In this document: positions 10,131 to 19,827 of the stretch, in pieces
How positions within the stretch are numbered: the first letter of the stretch is position 1
Layout of the letters: every line of letters starts with the position of its first letter
IMG/VR virus record: IMGVR_UViG_3300028886_000078
Coordinates: 17,321 to 81,320 of that record
Reading direction: 5' to 3' (one strand)
Source of the DNA: a virus
Taxonomy: Duplodnaviria; Caudoviricetes
Length of the DNA stretch: 64,000 nucleotides
Program-made: the position numbers and the translations under genes
Notes under the pieces: model-generated
The model's input: only the letters and a program-made list of their open reading frames with translations
What the model was told of the DNA's origin: nothing
Database searches by the model: none

Positions 10131-10391
10131 ATAGAAAAATCCTTAATTTTTTACAAATTATTATAAATATTTATATATAATAACTTAAAAGACGAAAAAT
10201 TATGGATTTTGAATTTGAAGGGATCAAATACTACGTCCATACGTACTACAAAGAACCGTTTAAGAAAGCGAATTTTGTATATTTGAAAGATGGAGATCTT
10301 GTATTCGTTGATTACATCGGTCAAGACCTTCTTCAAACGATTTCGCTTTTTAAAATTTTAAATAGGTCTAAATACGTCAATAGATGTCATA

Positions 10392-11111
10392 TTAGCTGAT
10401 AAGTATCGGACACGGATCACACCATTTGCTCTTTAATTCTTCTTCAAGGGCATCAATCTCTGTTTGTGCTTCGGATTTCATATCAGAATAATTAATCTGT
10501 GCGCCGCCAATCAAGCTTTGTGAATACTTTCCTGTAATAGTTCCCCATAAAAGTTTTGTTTTTGCAATGCAATACCGTTTAACCCATTCTTGATTAAATA
10601 TGTAATCCTGCTCATCCGGCTCGTATTCATACTGATACCAGATTAAAACCTTTCCACTATAGTTTTCAAATACCTGTAAGGTTTTCTTCCATGCATTGAA
10701 ATTGTAATTGATATCATCACCAAAATAGTTATCAAGAATTGACTGTATTGCAGAGATTGCACAAATCGCATTAACAGCGGAACTCGTTAAGGTACTTGTA
10801 TAAAATTCAGTCCATATATCCGGCACATACCCAGCACCGAAATTTGTATCGAAACTGAACATATTACTTCCAGTTCCTTTAGCAACCTTTTTAATATTTG
10901 TTACCCTTGGGGGTAAATCATATTCCCCCATGCCTTTTAATTCGCATAATACAACACCTTCAAGCGTACCGTATGCATATTCAGTAAACTTTTGAATAGT
11001 ATCATCAATTATCTGTGAAATGGCTGAATCAGGTACTTCTACATTGATTACCGGTTCACCTAACTGCTCACGGATATATGCAGTTAAAAGTTTTCTAGTG
11101 TTTATTAGCAT
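10392..11111 (-). CDS. Neck protein (T4 gp13-like)
   Basis: YIREQLGEPVINVEV...QEWVKRYCIAKTKLLWG...KYS..LIGGAQIN. Confidence 0.85.
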   Translation of the reverse strand: MLINTRKLLTAYIREQLGEPVINVEVPDSAISQIIDDTIQKFTEYAYGTLEGVVLCELKGMGEYDLPPRVTNIKKVAKGTGSNMFSFDTNFGAGYVPDIWTEFYTSTLTSSAVNAICAISAIQSILDNYFGDDINYNFNAWKKTLQVFENYSGKVLIWYQYEYEPDEQDYIFNQEWVKRYCIAKTKLLWGTITGKYSQSLIGGAQINYSDMKSEAQTEIDALEEELKSKWCDPCPILIS

Positions 11112-11122
11112 TTTCTAAATCC

Positions 11123-11680
11123 TTAAAGTACTGAATAAAAAGTATACTGAAATGTGACGGTAAATGTCAATACATTACCGGGACCGCTTGAATCGTATTG
11201 CATCGGTGATATTTCCATCGGATATACGCCATAGAACTTATATCCTTTTGAACGCTGACTCTTATTATCTAAATCATTAGATAAGAAAGAAGTCTGATAT
11301 ACGGTTATGGTTTCAAGTCCGTTTAAATTTGCAAGTCTGCTTTGTGCATCGTTCGGATTAAATGCAACTACTTTGGAACGCATTTCAATACTTTGCTGCC
11401 ACTTTTCAAAATAATCTCTTACATTATGATTTTCTGTACAATAAAACTCACAGTCAAATACTCCGGTGTATTTGGTCTGTCCGGGGATATAAACCTCTCT
11501 GCCCTTGTATTTTATAGGTATAGAGATTAACTGACGGTTTGGCACAGATGCCGTCCGGCACAGAATACCCACATTTTCAGAGGTTATTTTTGTGTCATTA
11601 TGATAAAACTCGATATCATACTTGGTACTTCTTGCACCGTCCCCAAGTATTGAAATCATCTTTTCCTGTAATGTTAACAT
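11123..11680 (-). CDS. Tail tube protein (T4 gp19-like)
   Basis: LCRTASVP, YKGREVYIPG, GVYPMEISPMQYD...TFTVTFQY. Confidence 0.8.
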   Translation of the reverse strand: MLTLQEKMISILGDGARSTKYDIEFYHNDTKITSENVGILCRTASVPNRQLISIPIKYKGREVYIPGQTKYTGVFDCEFYCTENHNVRDYFEKWQQSIEMRSKVVAFNPNDAQSRLANLNGLETITVYQTSFLSNDLDNKSQRSKGYKFYGVYPMEISPMQYDSSGPGNVLTFTVTFQYTFYSVL

Positions 11681-11681
11681 C

Positions 11682-11933
11682 TTAATCCAGCTTGGTATAT
11701 TTTGATTCTGCAGAAACGGTCTGCTCGATATTAGTTAAACGCTGTTCGATGAATTCAAGCTTTTCATGTATGTTCAATACATTGTTATTAAAATCCTTGA
11801 TTTGTTCTGAACATAAATCAACCTCAGATTTAATATTGTTTAAACGTTTTGATGCTCTGTAATCCCTTATGATATAGATTACAGATAATACGATTACTGC
11901 AAGTGAAACAGCATTGATAATAATATTTTCCAT
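11682..11933 (-). CDS. Small membrane-anchored coiled-coil protein
   Basis: Hydrophobic N-terminal helix then heptad pattern; late promoter near 11967. Confidence 0.6.
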   Translation of the reverse strand: MENIIINAVSLAVIVLSVIYIIRDYRASKRLNNIKSEVDLCSEQIKDFNNNVLNIHEKLEFIEQRLTNIEQTVSAESKYTKLD

Positions 11934-12010
11934 CTTTTGAACCCTCTAAAAAGTGTCTTTTATATATATTTATATAAATAAATTTGATTTTTTAAAAAAG
12001 AGGTGTAAAA

Positions 12011-12916
12011 ATGTCAGATTACGCAATTAAATATCAACATGTAGAACGTTGGGATACCGATGAAGTTCTTTATCTTAAAGACTGTAAAGAACTTATTGTG
12101 CAACCTAAACTTGATGGAACTAACGGTGTTGTTACATATGTTAAAGAATATGACGAACTTGTAGTAGGTTCAAGAAACCGTGTTTTAAGTGTTAACAATG
12201 ATAATCAAGGGTTTGCACAGTATATAGAAGAAAATCGGGAAAAATATCTTAAATACTTTAGAAAACATCCTGATGATATTTTATATGGTGAGTTTCTAAT
12301 CAATCATATATTTAGGGTAAAACCGGAATATCATAATACTTTTTATGTTTTTGATAGATATGATACTAAGATTAATAAGTATATACCTATCGATGTTACT
12401 GCACTTGCCGAATGCGGTATAAACTTTGTTCCTAGCAAAGTGATTTCAAATGAAAATGTTGAAGAAACCGTTAAAAGTTTCAACTCGGATTTTGGAAAGT
12501 TCTTACTTGAGGATTCATTTGAATACGGTGAGGGGTATGTTATCAAGAACTATGATGCTGTTAATAAATACGGCAGACAGGTATGGGCGAAAATTCTGAA
12601 TGAAAAGCCATCAATTCAAGGCAAGGATTTATTCAGTGAAATCCGTAATAAATTCTTTACCGATGCATGGATTGAGAAAGAAACTATTAAATACGTTGAA
12701 AAATTTCCGGTGGAATTCACAGAAAGTATTGAACCTACTGAAAAATTCATTTATGATAAGTATTGCAACATGCTTATAAGTGAGTTCATCAAAGAAGAAG
12801 TCGCCAATATAGTGTTTAAATTCAAATACCCTAAAATTTCGTTTCAAGAGTTGAAAGTATTTTTAACTAAGATTTTAAAAGAATCATTGAAAAAGAGGAA
12901 CTATGAACGAGAGTGA
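12011..12916 (+). CDS. RNA ligase family nucleotidyltransferase
   Basis: Motif I KLDGTN, LYGEF, FYVFD, EGYVIK, WAK. Confidence 0.85.
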   Translation: MSDYAIKYQHVERWDTDEVLYLKDCKELIVQPKLDGTNGVVTYVKEYDELVVGSRNRVLSVNNDNQGFAQYIEENREKYLKYFRKHPDDILYGEFLINHIFRVKPEYHNTFYVFDRYDTKINKYIPIDVTALAECGINFVPSKVISNENVEETVKSFNSDFGKFLLEDSFEYGEGYVIKNYDAVNKYGRQVWAKILNEKPSIQGKDLFSEIRNKFFTDAWIEKETIKYVEKFPVEFTESIEPTEKFIYDKYCNMLISEFIKEEVANIVFKFKYPKISFQELKVFLTKILKESLKKRNYERE

Positions 12917-13109
12917 AGATAAAGTAAATCCGAATCATTATATCGATATTATTGAAGATTTATCTTCAGATCTTGATGGATTTGACGGATTTTGTATAGG
13001 AAATGTTATAAAATACATTTGGCGATTTAAACACAAAAACGGTTGTGAAGATTTAGAAAATGCCAAGTGGTATTTAGAAAAAGTTATTAAAAAATATAAA
13101 GAACTGTAA
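12903..13109 (+). CDS. DUF3310 family protein
   Basis: VNPNHY...FCIGNVIKYIWR..HKNG.EDL..AKWYL. Confidence 0.85.
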   Translation: MNESEDKVNPNHYIDIIEDLSSDLDGFDGFCIGNVIKYIWRFKHKNGCEDLENAKWYLEKVIKKYKEL

Positions 13110-13176
13110 ACTACCCCACCCACACATTTACGGTGTGGGGTTTCGGGGGGATTATAAAAGAGAAAGTTTTTAAACA

Positions 13177-14109
13177 ATGAATTACGGTATTCCATACAAA
13201 GGTTCAAAGAATAAAATAGCAGAAAACATCATAGCACAATTGCCACCGGCAAAACATTTTTATGATCTGTTTGGCGGTGGCGGTGCTATGACCCATTGCG
13301 CTTTATTAAGTGGGAAATATGAGTTTGTTCATTATAATGAGTTCAATCCATTAGTTTTTAAAGCATTTAAAATGGCTATTAATGGAGAATTTAAGAATGA
13401 AAACCGATGGATTTCAAAAGAGGATTTTGAAAGATTAAAGGATACAGATCCGTATGTTGCTTGTTGTTTTTCTTTTGGAAACAGCTTTAGAACATATGCT
13501 TATAATTCTGAAACTGAACCTTTCAAAAAAGCAGTTCATTACACTATTTTCTTTAATGATAATTCTTTACTTAATAAGTATATAGATTTGAAAGATTTTA
13601 AATATAGTTCTAATAATATTAAAGAAAGAAGATTAGAACTTCAAAGATTTTTAACAGTTCTATTGAATGAAAATAAAATCGTTGACACAGTTCGCAAACA
13701 TTTTAATACTGAGAATAATCATGCAAGAAGTGTTATCGAAAGCGTTGAAAGGCTTGAAAGACTTCAGAGCCTTTCAAGCATCAATAATGGGGGGGGGGTA
13801 CTTTTATCTAATTTAAGTTATGAACAAGTTCCTATTGAGAATGATTCAGTAATCTATTGTGACCCACCTTATATCAATACTGGTACATATCTTGATGATT
13901 TCAATCATGAAAAATTCTATGAATGGTTAAGGAAATGCAGAGAGAAAAATCAACAAGTTTTCATTTCCGAATATCAAATGCCGGATGACTTTTTTGAAGT
14001 ATATTCTAAAGATAAAACGTGTACATTTAACGGTCAAAAGGTATCTAAAAAACTTGAAAAACTTTATTCAACCTTAAAATACAGCCCGATTGAGTTACTT
14101 GAATGGTAA
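13177..14109 (+). CDS. D12-class N6-adenine DNA methyltransferase containing an in-frame G10 tract
   Basis: PYKGSK, YDLFGGGG (SAM motif), IYCDPPY, FISEY; G10 at 13789-13798. Confidence 0.9.
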   Translation: MNYGIPYKGSKNKIAENIIAQLPPAKHFYDLFGGGGAMTHCALLSGKYEFVHYNEFNPLVFKAFKMAINGEFKNENRWISKEDFERLKDTDPYVACCFSFGNSFRTYAYNSETEPFKKAVHYTIFFNDNSLLNKYIDLKDFKYSSNNIKERRLELQRFLTVLLNENKIVDTVRKHFNTENNHARSVIESVERLERLQSLSSINNGGGVLLSNLSYEQVPIENDSVIYCDPPYINTGTYLDDFNHEKFYEWLRKCREKNQQVFISEYQMPDDFFEVYSKDKTCTFNGQKVSKKLEKLYSTLKYSPIELLEW

Positions 14110-14256
14110 AAATCTTAGATTTATTAAAAGATTTGAAAGACATGCGTTTTAATCATTTATTTTCAATCAATCTCAAAATCTGTGACATTTGTCACAGATT
14201 TTTTATTTATTTTATAGTATTATATATACATCGAAACGAATGAGAGGATTGAGAAA

Positions 14257-14532
14257 ATGACTAAAATTGATAAGAAAACCGGACAGAAGTTATACCCTGT
14301 ATCAAGGGAATTCATACAGTTCAACTTGATTTCGCTGATTGATGAAGTACACCCACAGGGGATTTCACCGAATGCTGACTTATACTGGGAAATCCACGAT
14401 TTGCTTGATACAATGTACAAATACCATGGATATCTCCCCGGAAAACTGTATGCAAGGGCAAAAGAACTTGCCGTTGGCAGACATATGAAGCGTGAAGATA
14501 TCCACCGTCAACTTTCAAACTGTGAAGAATAA
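14257..14532 (+). CDS. Hypothetical protein
   Basis: GAGAGG RBS; bracketed by two TGTGA-N6-TCACA palindromes. Confidence 0.7.
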   Translation: MTKIDKKTGQKLYPVSREFIQFNLISLIDEVHPQGISPNADLYWEIHDLLDTMYKYHGYLPGKLYARAKELAVGRHMKREDIHRQLSNCEE

Positions 14533-14624
14533 GATTCTTTATAATCTGTGACAAATGTCACAGATTTTTTTAAATGCAGTTGTTCTTCAACAAGTTTCAA
14601 ATAATCATTACCCACCCCCAAACA

Positions 14625-15045
14625 GTCCCCAAGCATGCAATAAACTATTGGCAAATGCCAATAGTTTATTGATACTTTGAGCATGTTTTTAGGATTCTGC
14701 AACAGTTCAGAGCCTTGCTCTATGTTCATACAGTTGGTTAAAAAGTAATCAAAAGTCCCCAAACTGCTAATAAACTATTGGCAAACTGAAATAGTTTATG
14801 CACACTTTGAGCATGTTTTTAGGATTCTGTAACCATCAAGAACCGTGTTCTAGTACCTTGCAAACGGTTAAAAAGTAATCAAAAGTCCCCAAACTGCTAA
14901 TAAACTATTGGCAAACTGAAATAGTTTATGCACACTTTGAGGGGGTTTTATAGTCTAAAGGTCGGTAAAGAACTACTGGAAACCCCCTCAAACATGCAAT
15001 AAACTTTTACAAATCTTAAATAGTTTATATGCACTTTGAGCCACT
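14625..15045 (-). repeat. Palindromic repeat array A (4 cores, periods 130/130/99 bp), inverted relative to arrays B and C
   Basis: TAAACTWTT-N10-AAWAGTTTA cores at 14641, 14771, 14901 and 15000. Confidence 0.9.
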
Positions 15046-15092
15046 TTTTAAAGATTTCACTAAAAATCAAGAACTTTTTAATATTTTTTGAA

Positions 15093-15106
15093 TATAAATA
15101 TAAATA
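15093..15106 (+). promoter_or_regulatory. T4-type late promoter (tandem TATAAATA)
   Basis: Upstream of the prohead protease; the same motif precedes most structural genes. Confidence 0.75.
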
Positions 15107-15142
15107 GTTAATAATACTGCAGCATTATAAAAAGGAACAACT

Positions 15143-15871
15143 ATGCAACTGTTTTTTGATGATGATTCGAGAGAACTTCAAATTTTAAATGAAGAGTTCT
15201 TAACTGAATCTGGAAATAAAGAAAAAGTTTATAAGATTAAAGGTATCTTTTCTACAATCGGGGAAAAGAACCGAAATGGCAGAGTCTACCCTAGAGAAGT
15301 TTGGGAAGAACAGGTTAGAAAGTACCAGCCGTATATCTCAAACGGTTCTACACGTTCATTGATGGAATATGAGCATCCTGACAGAACCGAAGTTGATTTG
15401 ATGAAAGCTGTTGCTAAAATCACATCATTATATATTCAGGGAAATTATGTAATGGGTGAAGCTGTTTTGCTTGACAACCCGCAGGCAAATCAGTTAAAAT
15501 CATTGATTAAAAACGGTATTAAGATTTCCGTATCTTCAAGAGGGGTTGGAGATGTGGTAAACGGTGTTGTTACCGATTATGAATTGATTACATATGATAT
15601 TGTTCCTAATCCGTCAGACTTCAATGCAACTATGAACGGTGTATGTGAATCAAGTATTTTGAATGAGGGAATTGTTCAAGATAAATATTATATGATAGAT
15701 AATTACGGTAACATTATACAGATTGATGAAAACAGCAACCGTGTTGTTAGTAATAAGAATAATGTTACTCAGAGATTCCTCAGAGAATCCAAAAAGAGTT
15801 CTGGTGATAATATAAAAATGATTCAATCAGAATTTAAGAAAAGATTTAATGATTTTATTTCAAAACTTTAA
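15143..15871 (+). CDS. Prohead protease (T4 gp21-like)
   Basis: KNRNGRVYP, EYEHP, SVSSRGVG, ITYDIVPNPS. Confidence 0.95.
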   Translation: MQLFFDDDSRELQILNEEFLTESGNKEKVYKIKGIFSTIGEKNRNGRVYPREVWEEQVRKYQPYISNGSTRSLMEYEHPDRTEVDLMKAVAKITSLYIQGNYVMGEAVLLDNPQANQLKSLIKNGIKISVSSRGVGDVVNGVVTDYELITYDIVPNPSDFNATMNGVCESSILNEGIVQDKYYMIDNYGNIIQIDENSNRVVSNKNNVTQRFLRESKKSSGDNIKMIQSEFKKRFNDFISKL

Positions 15872-15885
15872 TAGAGGCTTTTAAA

Positions 15886-17154
15886 ATGTTGGATAAATTA
15901 CAGGAAAGCATCGGGGAAGCTTTCACCCCCGAATTTCAGAAAGAACTTGAAGAAACTTTCGATCAGAAAGTTAATGAGCGTGTTCAGGAAACCGTTGATT
16001 CTAAAATTAAAGAATTAACCGAGGAACACGAACAGGAAATTAAGGAACTGACCGAACAGCATGAGGAACAAATCTCAAAACTTGAAGAAGATGCAGAGGA
16101 TTATGCATCTCAGGAAGTTGATACTGCTGCTGCAAATCTTGAAAACAAATATAAAGCCGAAATTAAATCAATGACTAAGCGTTTCAAAAATGAATTAAGC
16201 GAACATACTGAATCATTGATTGAACAGGCTGAAGAATATGCCAGCGTTGTTGCCGATGAAAAGGTTAACGAAAAAGAAACTGAACTTAACGAAAAGTTCA
16301 AAAATGAACTTAACGAAAAAACAGAAAATCTTATTACTCAGGCTGAAGAATATGCTAAACTGTATGCAGATGAAAAAGTTAATGAAAAAGTTAAGGAACT
16401 TAAAGCAAAGTTCAAAGAAGAACTTAATGAGCATACTGAACAGCTTATCCAGCAAGGCGAGGAATATGCTAAATATGTGCGTGAAGAAGAACGCAAGGCT
16501 ATCAATGAGCATATCAATAAATTGAATGAACTTGCAGAGGAATATGTTGATTTGACATGCAAGGAAATCATTGAAAATCTTGATATGTATGCTGAAAATG
16601 TAATCAATGAATTTATCAATGATTATAAAGATAAGCTTGATATGAAAGTTAACGAATCTAATACCAATGTTATCCTTGATATGTTTTCTACTTTGTGTCT
16701 GAAAACCGGTATCGGCTTAAAAGAGATTAACGAAGCCAAAGCCGAAAAAGACAATGCAAAGAAAGAGGAAGATGCAGATTTACTTGAAAGATACAATAAG
16801 GAAGTGAACGAAAACATCAGACTGCGTAAAGAAAACAACAATCTGATTAAAGCCGGTATTATCAATGAAATGAAAGATGGTTTAACTATTCTGCAGGCTC
16901 AGAAGTTTGAAAAGATTGCAGAAACCATTGATTTTACCAGAGATGAAAACTTCATCAATAAGCTGAAATCAATCAAAGAAAACATTCAGGTTGTTCCGGC
17001 TGAGATTGCAAAGAAACCTACTGTAAAAGACAGAATCAAAGACCGTGAACGAGTTGTTGAATCCGATGATGATGATTACTATCTTGAAAATGATACCATC
17101 GTATCAAAGAAAGACGGTATGAGAAAGAATGACGTTTGGAATAAATTCATCTAA
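15886..17154 (+). CDS. Prohead core scaffold protein (T4 gp22-like)
   Basis: Acidic coiled coil with repeated EHTE.LI.QAEEYA units; follows gp21. Confidence 0.8.
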   Translation: MLDKLQESIGEAFTPEFQKELEETFDQKVNERVQETVDSKIKELTEEHEQEIKELTEQHEEQISKLEEDAEDYASQEVDTAAANLENKYKAEIKSMTKRFKNELSEHTESLIEQAEEYASVVADEKVNEKETELNEKFKNELNEKTENLITQAEEYAKLYADEKVNEKVKELKAKFKEELNEHTEQLIQQGEEYAKYVREEERKAINEHINKLNELAEEYVDLTCKEIIENLDMYAENVINEFINDYKDKLDMKVNESNTNVILDMFSTLCLKTGIGLKEINEAKAEKDNAKKEEDADLLERYNKEVNENIRLRKENNNLIKAGIINEMKDGLTILQAQKFEKIAETIDFTRDENFINKLKSIKENIQVVPAEIAKKPTVKDRIKDRERVVESDDDDYYLENDTIVSKKDGMRKNDVWNKFI

Positions 17155-17159
17155 CATGT

Positions 17160-17188
17160 TTCAGCACTGTTTAATACAGTGCTGATTT
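17160..17188 (+). terminator. Intrinsic terminator hairpin
   Basis: tcagcactgt-N5-acagtgctga followed by T-run. Confidence 0.6.
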
Positions 17189-17200
17189 TGAGGTTTCTAT

Positions 17201-17458
17201 ATGTCTAAGAAAATTGAAAATAAAATCATTAAGTTTAATAATAAGTTAAATACACTGATTGATAAATTTGCTCAGAATGTAACAAAGTTATCAATGAATA
17301 ACCGTGAATTATTTCCTAACTTCACCGATGATGATTTCAAAGAGGAAGAAGAAAATCTTGCAAGCTGGTTGAAACAGTGTATGATTATGAATGATGACTC
17401 ATTAGATGATGTTACCAAACGTATTGAGGATTCTTTGAATACAGCGGAAACGGATTAA
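17201..17458 (+). CDS. Hypothetical protein
   Basis: 85 aa ORF with GAGG RBS. Confidence 0.65.
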   Translation: MSKKIENKIIKFNNKLNTLIDKFAQNVTKLSMNNRELFPNFTDDDFKEEEENLASWLKQCMIMNDDSLDDVTKRIEDSLNTAETD

Positions 17459-17461
17459 AAA

Positions 17462-18406
17462 ATGTTTGGAATAAAAGGTTTATACAATTTTGTTAATGAG
17501 GAAACCTTAAACGGTGATACTCTTATAATAGGCAAGTTCAAGCTGTTAACAGATGAACTTGTTGACGGTATTCTTGATATTGTAAATAATACTAAAGGTA
17601 GAACCTTTATATATTTTACAGTATCACAGGAAACCTTGCCGCTAATAGAGGTTAGATTTACAGCATTTCAAAAATTAAAACTTTTGAAAAAGTCTAAAAT
17701 CGTAATTGTTAAACCTTTTGTGAATGATTTAACTTCTGCTGGTGCTAAAAAGTATGTTTCATATATTCCAGATATTATATTAAGAATATATGAAACATAT
17801 CCTACTGCAGACATTAAAAACTTACAATGTGAACTGTCAGCATATACTGTTAAAGATTTATTAACCGATGCAATTTCAAAATATGAGAAGTTTCCTGAAA
17901 AGAAGAAAACTGTCAAGACAATGAAAGAACTTAATATCCTTTCAAAAAGGCTTGCAATTTCGGATGAACAGATTAAATCTTTATTACAGCATAAGACAGA
18001 TTTTGCAAATGCAACTTCAAAACTTGATTTGCTGGATTCTTACGATACATACAAAGAATTTTATAATACATTAAATGAATCCATAAGTTATAAAGATTTA
18101 AACAAACAGTATATACGTGATGAATTTGTACTGTTTACAGTAATGAGGAATACATCAAAACTGTTATATAAATCAATTAATGTAATTGCTGCAAATTTTG
18201 ATGTAAACGATGAAGACCCTGATGATTGCTCATTAGTAGATTTAACATTTGATGTTCCTAAAAACAACCCATTCTGTAGAATAGGAATTACAAATCTTCT
18301 TTCAGAGCCGGATGTTGAAGTTACAAATCTTAGAGAGATAAATCTTGATGATGCAGAATTAGCGAGTGATCTGCGTAAGTTTTTATCACTTTTAACGAAT
18401 ATTTAA
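17462..18406 (+). CDS. Hypothetical protein
   Basis: 314 aa ORF in operon. Confidence 0.75.
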   Translation: MFGIKGLYNFVNEETLNGDTLIIGKFKLLTDELVDGILDIVNNTKGRTFIYFTVSQETLPLIEVRFTAFQKLKLLKKSKIVIVKPFVNDLTSAGAKKYVSYIPDIILRIYETYPTADIKNLQCELSAYTVKDLLTDAISKYEKFPEKKKTVKTMKELNILSKRLAISDEQIKSLLQHKTDFANATSKLDLLDSYDTYKEFYNTLNESISYKDLNKQYIRDEFVLFTVMRNTSKLLYKSINVIAANFDVNDEDPDDCSLVDLTFDVPKNNPFCRIGITNLLSEPDVEVTNLREINLDDAELASDLRKFLSLLTNI

Positions 18407-18408
18407 AA

Positions 18409-18873
18409 ATGAGAATTGCTGGAATTATTAAACAGTCAGTTGTTGACGGTGATGGATTACGTTATGTAATCTTTGTTCAAGGATGTCCACATCACTGTAA
18501 AGGTTGCCATAATCCCGAAACATGGGACTATGACAAAGGATTTGAAAAACCGATAAATGAAATACTTGCTGAGATAATCGAAGATCCGCTGCTTGACGGT
18601 GTTACCTTTTCCGGTGGTGAACCTTTTATCCATGCAGAGGAACTAATTGAAATCGGTAAATTCTGTAAAGAGCATAACTTGAATGTATGGTGCTATACAG
18701 GATATACCTATAAAGAACTTTTAAATACTGAGCATGTTAAAAATGCAAAGGAACTGCTTAAATACATTGATGTTCTTGTTGACGGAAAATATGTGGAAAG
18801 CAAGAAGTGTATTGATAACTTCAAAGGTTCAAGCAATCAGAATATTATATATTTAAGTAAAATCTATAATTAA
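18409..18873 (+). CDS. nrdG: Anaerobic ribonucleotide reductase activase (radical SAM)
   Basis: SVVDGDGLR.VIFVQGCPHHCKGCHN, GVTFSGGEP, IDVLVDG, GSSNQ. Confidence 0.95.
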   Translation: MRIAGIIKQSVVDGDGLRYVIFVQGCPHHCKGCHNPETWDYDKGFEKPINEILAEIIEDPLLDGVTFSGGEPFIHAEELIEIGKFCKEHNLNVWCYTGYTYKELLNTEHVKNAKELLKYIDVLVDGKYVESKKCIDNFKGSSNQNIIYLSKIYN

Positions 18874-18919
18874 AATATAAATATAATAGTAAAACAATTT
18901 TTAACAATAGGAGTTTAAA

Positions 18920-19144
18920 ATGCCAGATTTAGAAGAAGAAGAGATTATTGGCGGTGCTGGTGGTTTTGCCGAAGATGGCGGTGATGAAATCGGTACAGAC
19001 ATAAATGCAGGTGGTGCAGATGTTGGTGGTTTTGATCTCGGTGATGAAGATGATACACCAACTGCAATATCACAATCTAAATGGTATGAAAAGGTATACG
19101 AAGATGAAGAAAATGCTGAAACAGCATCACATCTCGTAATGTAA
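18920..19144 (+). CDS. Small acidic late protein
   Basis: TATAAATA at 18876 and AGGAG RBS. Confidence 0.65.
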   Translation: MPDLEEEEIIGGAGGFAEDGGDEIGTDINAGGADVGGFDLGDEDDTPTAISQSKWYEKVYEDEENAETASHLVM

Positions 19145-19191
19145 ACTGATTACCCCCATAATTTTGTGGGGGATTTTAAAGGATTAAAAGC

Positions 19192-19815
19192 ATGAAATTT
19201 TCAGAATTTTTAAACCAAAAACAATTAAATGAAAGAGTTACACCAGAGTTTCGTGACGAATTTGGCAAGCAGGAAACTAGAAAGTTAATGTCAAAAATTT
19301 CAAATCATCGCAGGGCAATGGATGCACGTATAAACAACAAAACATTGCATTTGAGTAACGCTTTGGACAGCGATGCACCATTTGATCCAAATGATCCTAT
19401 GACTAAATTTACAAGATTATCAGATGATTTTGTTAGTAAACTAAGAAGCAGCTATAGTCCTTTCAAGCTACTTAATAAAATTGAAAACTTTGAAGGTTTT
19501 TTAGTTAAAGCTGATGAATTTTCTGTATGGATTACAGTAGACAATAATGGTTTTATTGAAGACCATGAAACTGGTATTAGAGGTGCTAGATTTATTGTTG
19601 ATGGCAAGACAAGATTTAAAGATTTATTTAAACGTGCTAACATTTTATGCATTTATGGTGTTACTTCTGATCCAAATGCTACACAAAGATTGCGTCAAAT
19701 TCAAAATGATAAATTTGAAGAAATAAGCAGAGATTTCAAAAAAGGATACAATAAAGAGTTGGAACGCAGCAATAGATTGGCAAAACTTAAAGATCGCAAG
19801 GGTGCTAGGTTTTAA
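19192..19815 (+). CDS. Putative virion internal protein, paralog 1
   Basis: Leader MKFSEFLNQKQLNE; tandem paralog of 19828. Confidence 0.7.
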   Translation: MKFSEFLNQKQLNERVTPEFRDEFGKQETRKLMSKISNHRRAMDARINNKTLHLSNALDSDAPFDPNDPMTKFTRLSDDFVSKLRSSYSPFKLLNKIENFEGFLVKADEFSVWITVDNNGFIEDHETGIRGARFIVDGKTRFKDLFKRANILCIYGVTSDPNATQRLRQIQNDKFEEISRDFKKGYNKELERSNRLAKLKDRKGARF

Positions 19816-19827
19816 AGGATTAAAAAC

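Noticed and set aside
14508-14762. ORFs 14508-14762 and 63801-63986 that resemble each other (MLKVSINY...)
   Set aside because: They are translations of the non-coding repeat units and lack an RBS.
14625-15045. CRISPR array interpretation of the palindromic arrays
   Set aside because: The linkers are homologous to each other rather than unique spacers, the period is about 130 bp, the repeats are degenerate, and no cas genes are present.
16110-16865. Antisense and alternate-frame ORFs over gp22 and other genes
   Set aside because: Shadow ORFs caused by biased codon use; no RBS or motifs.
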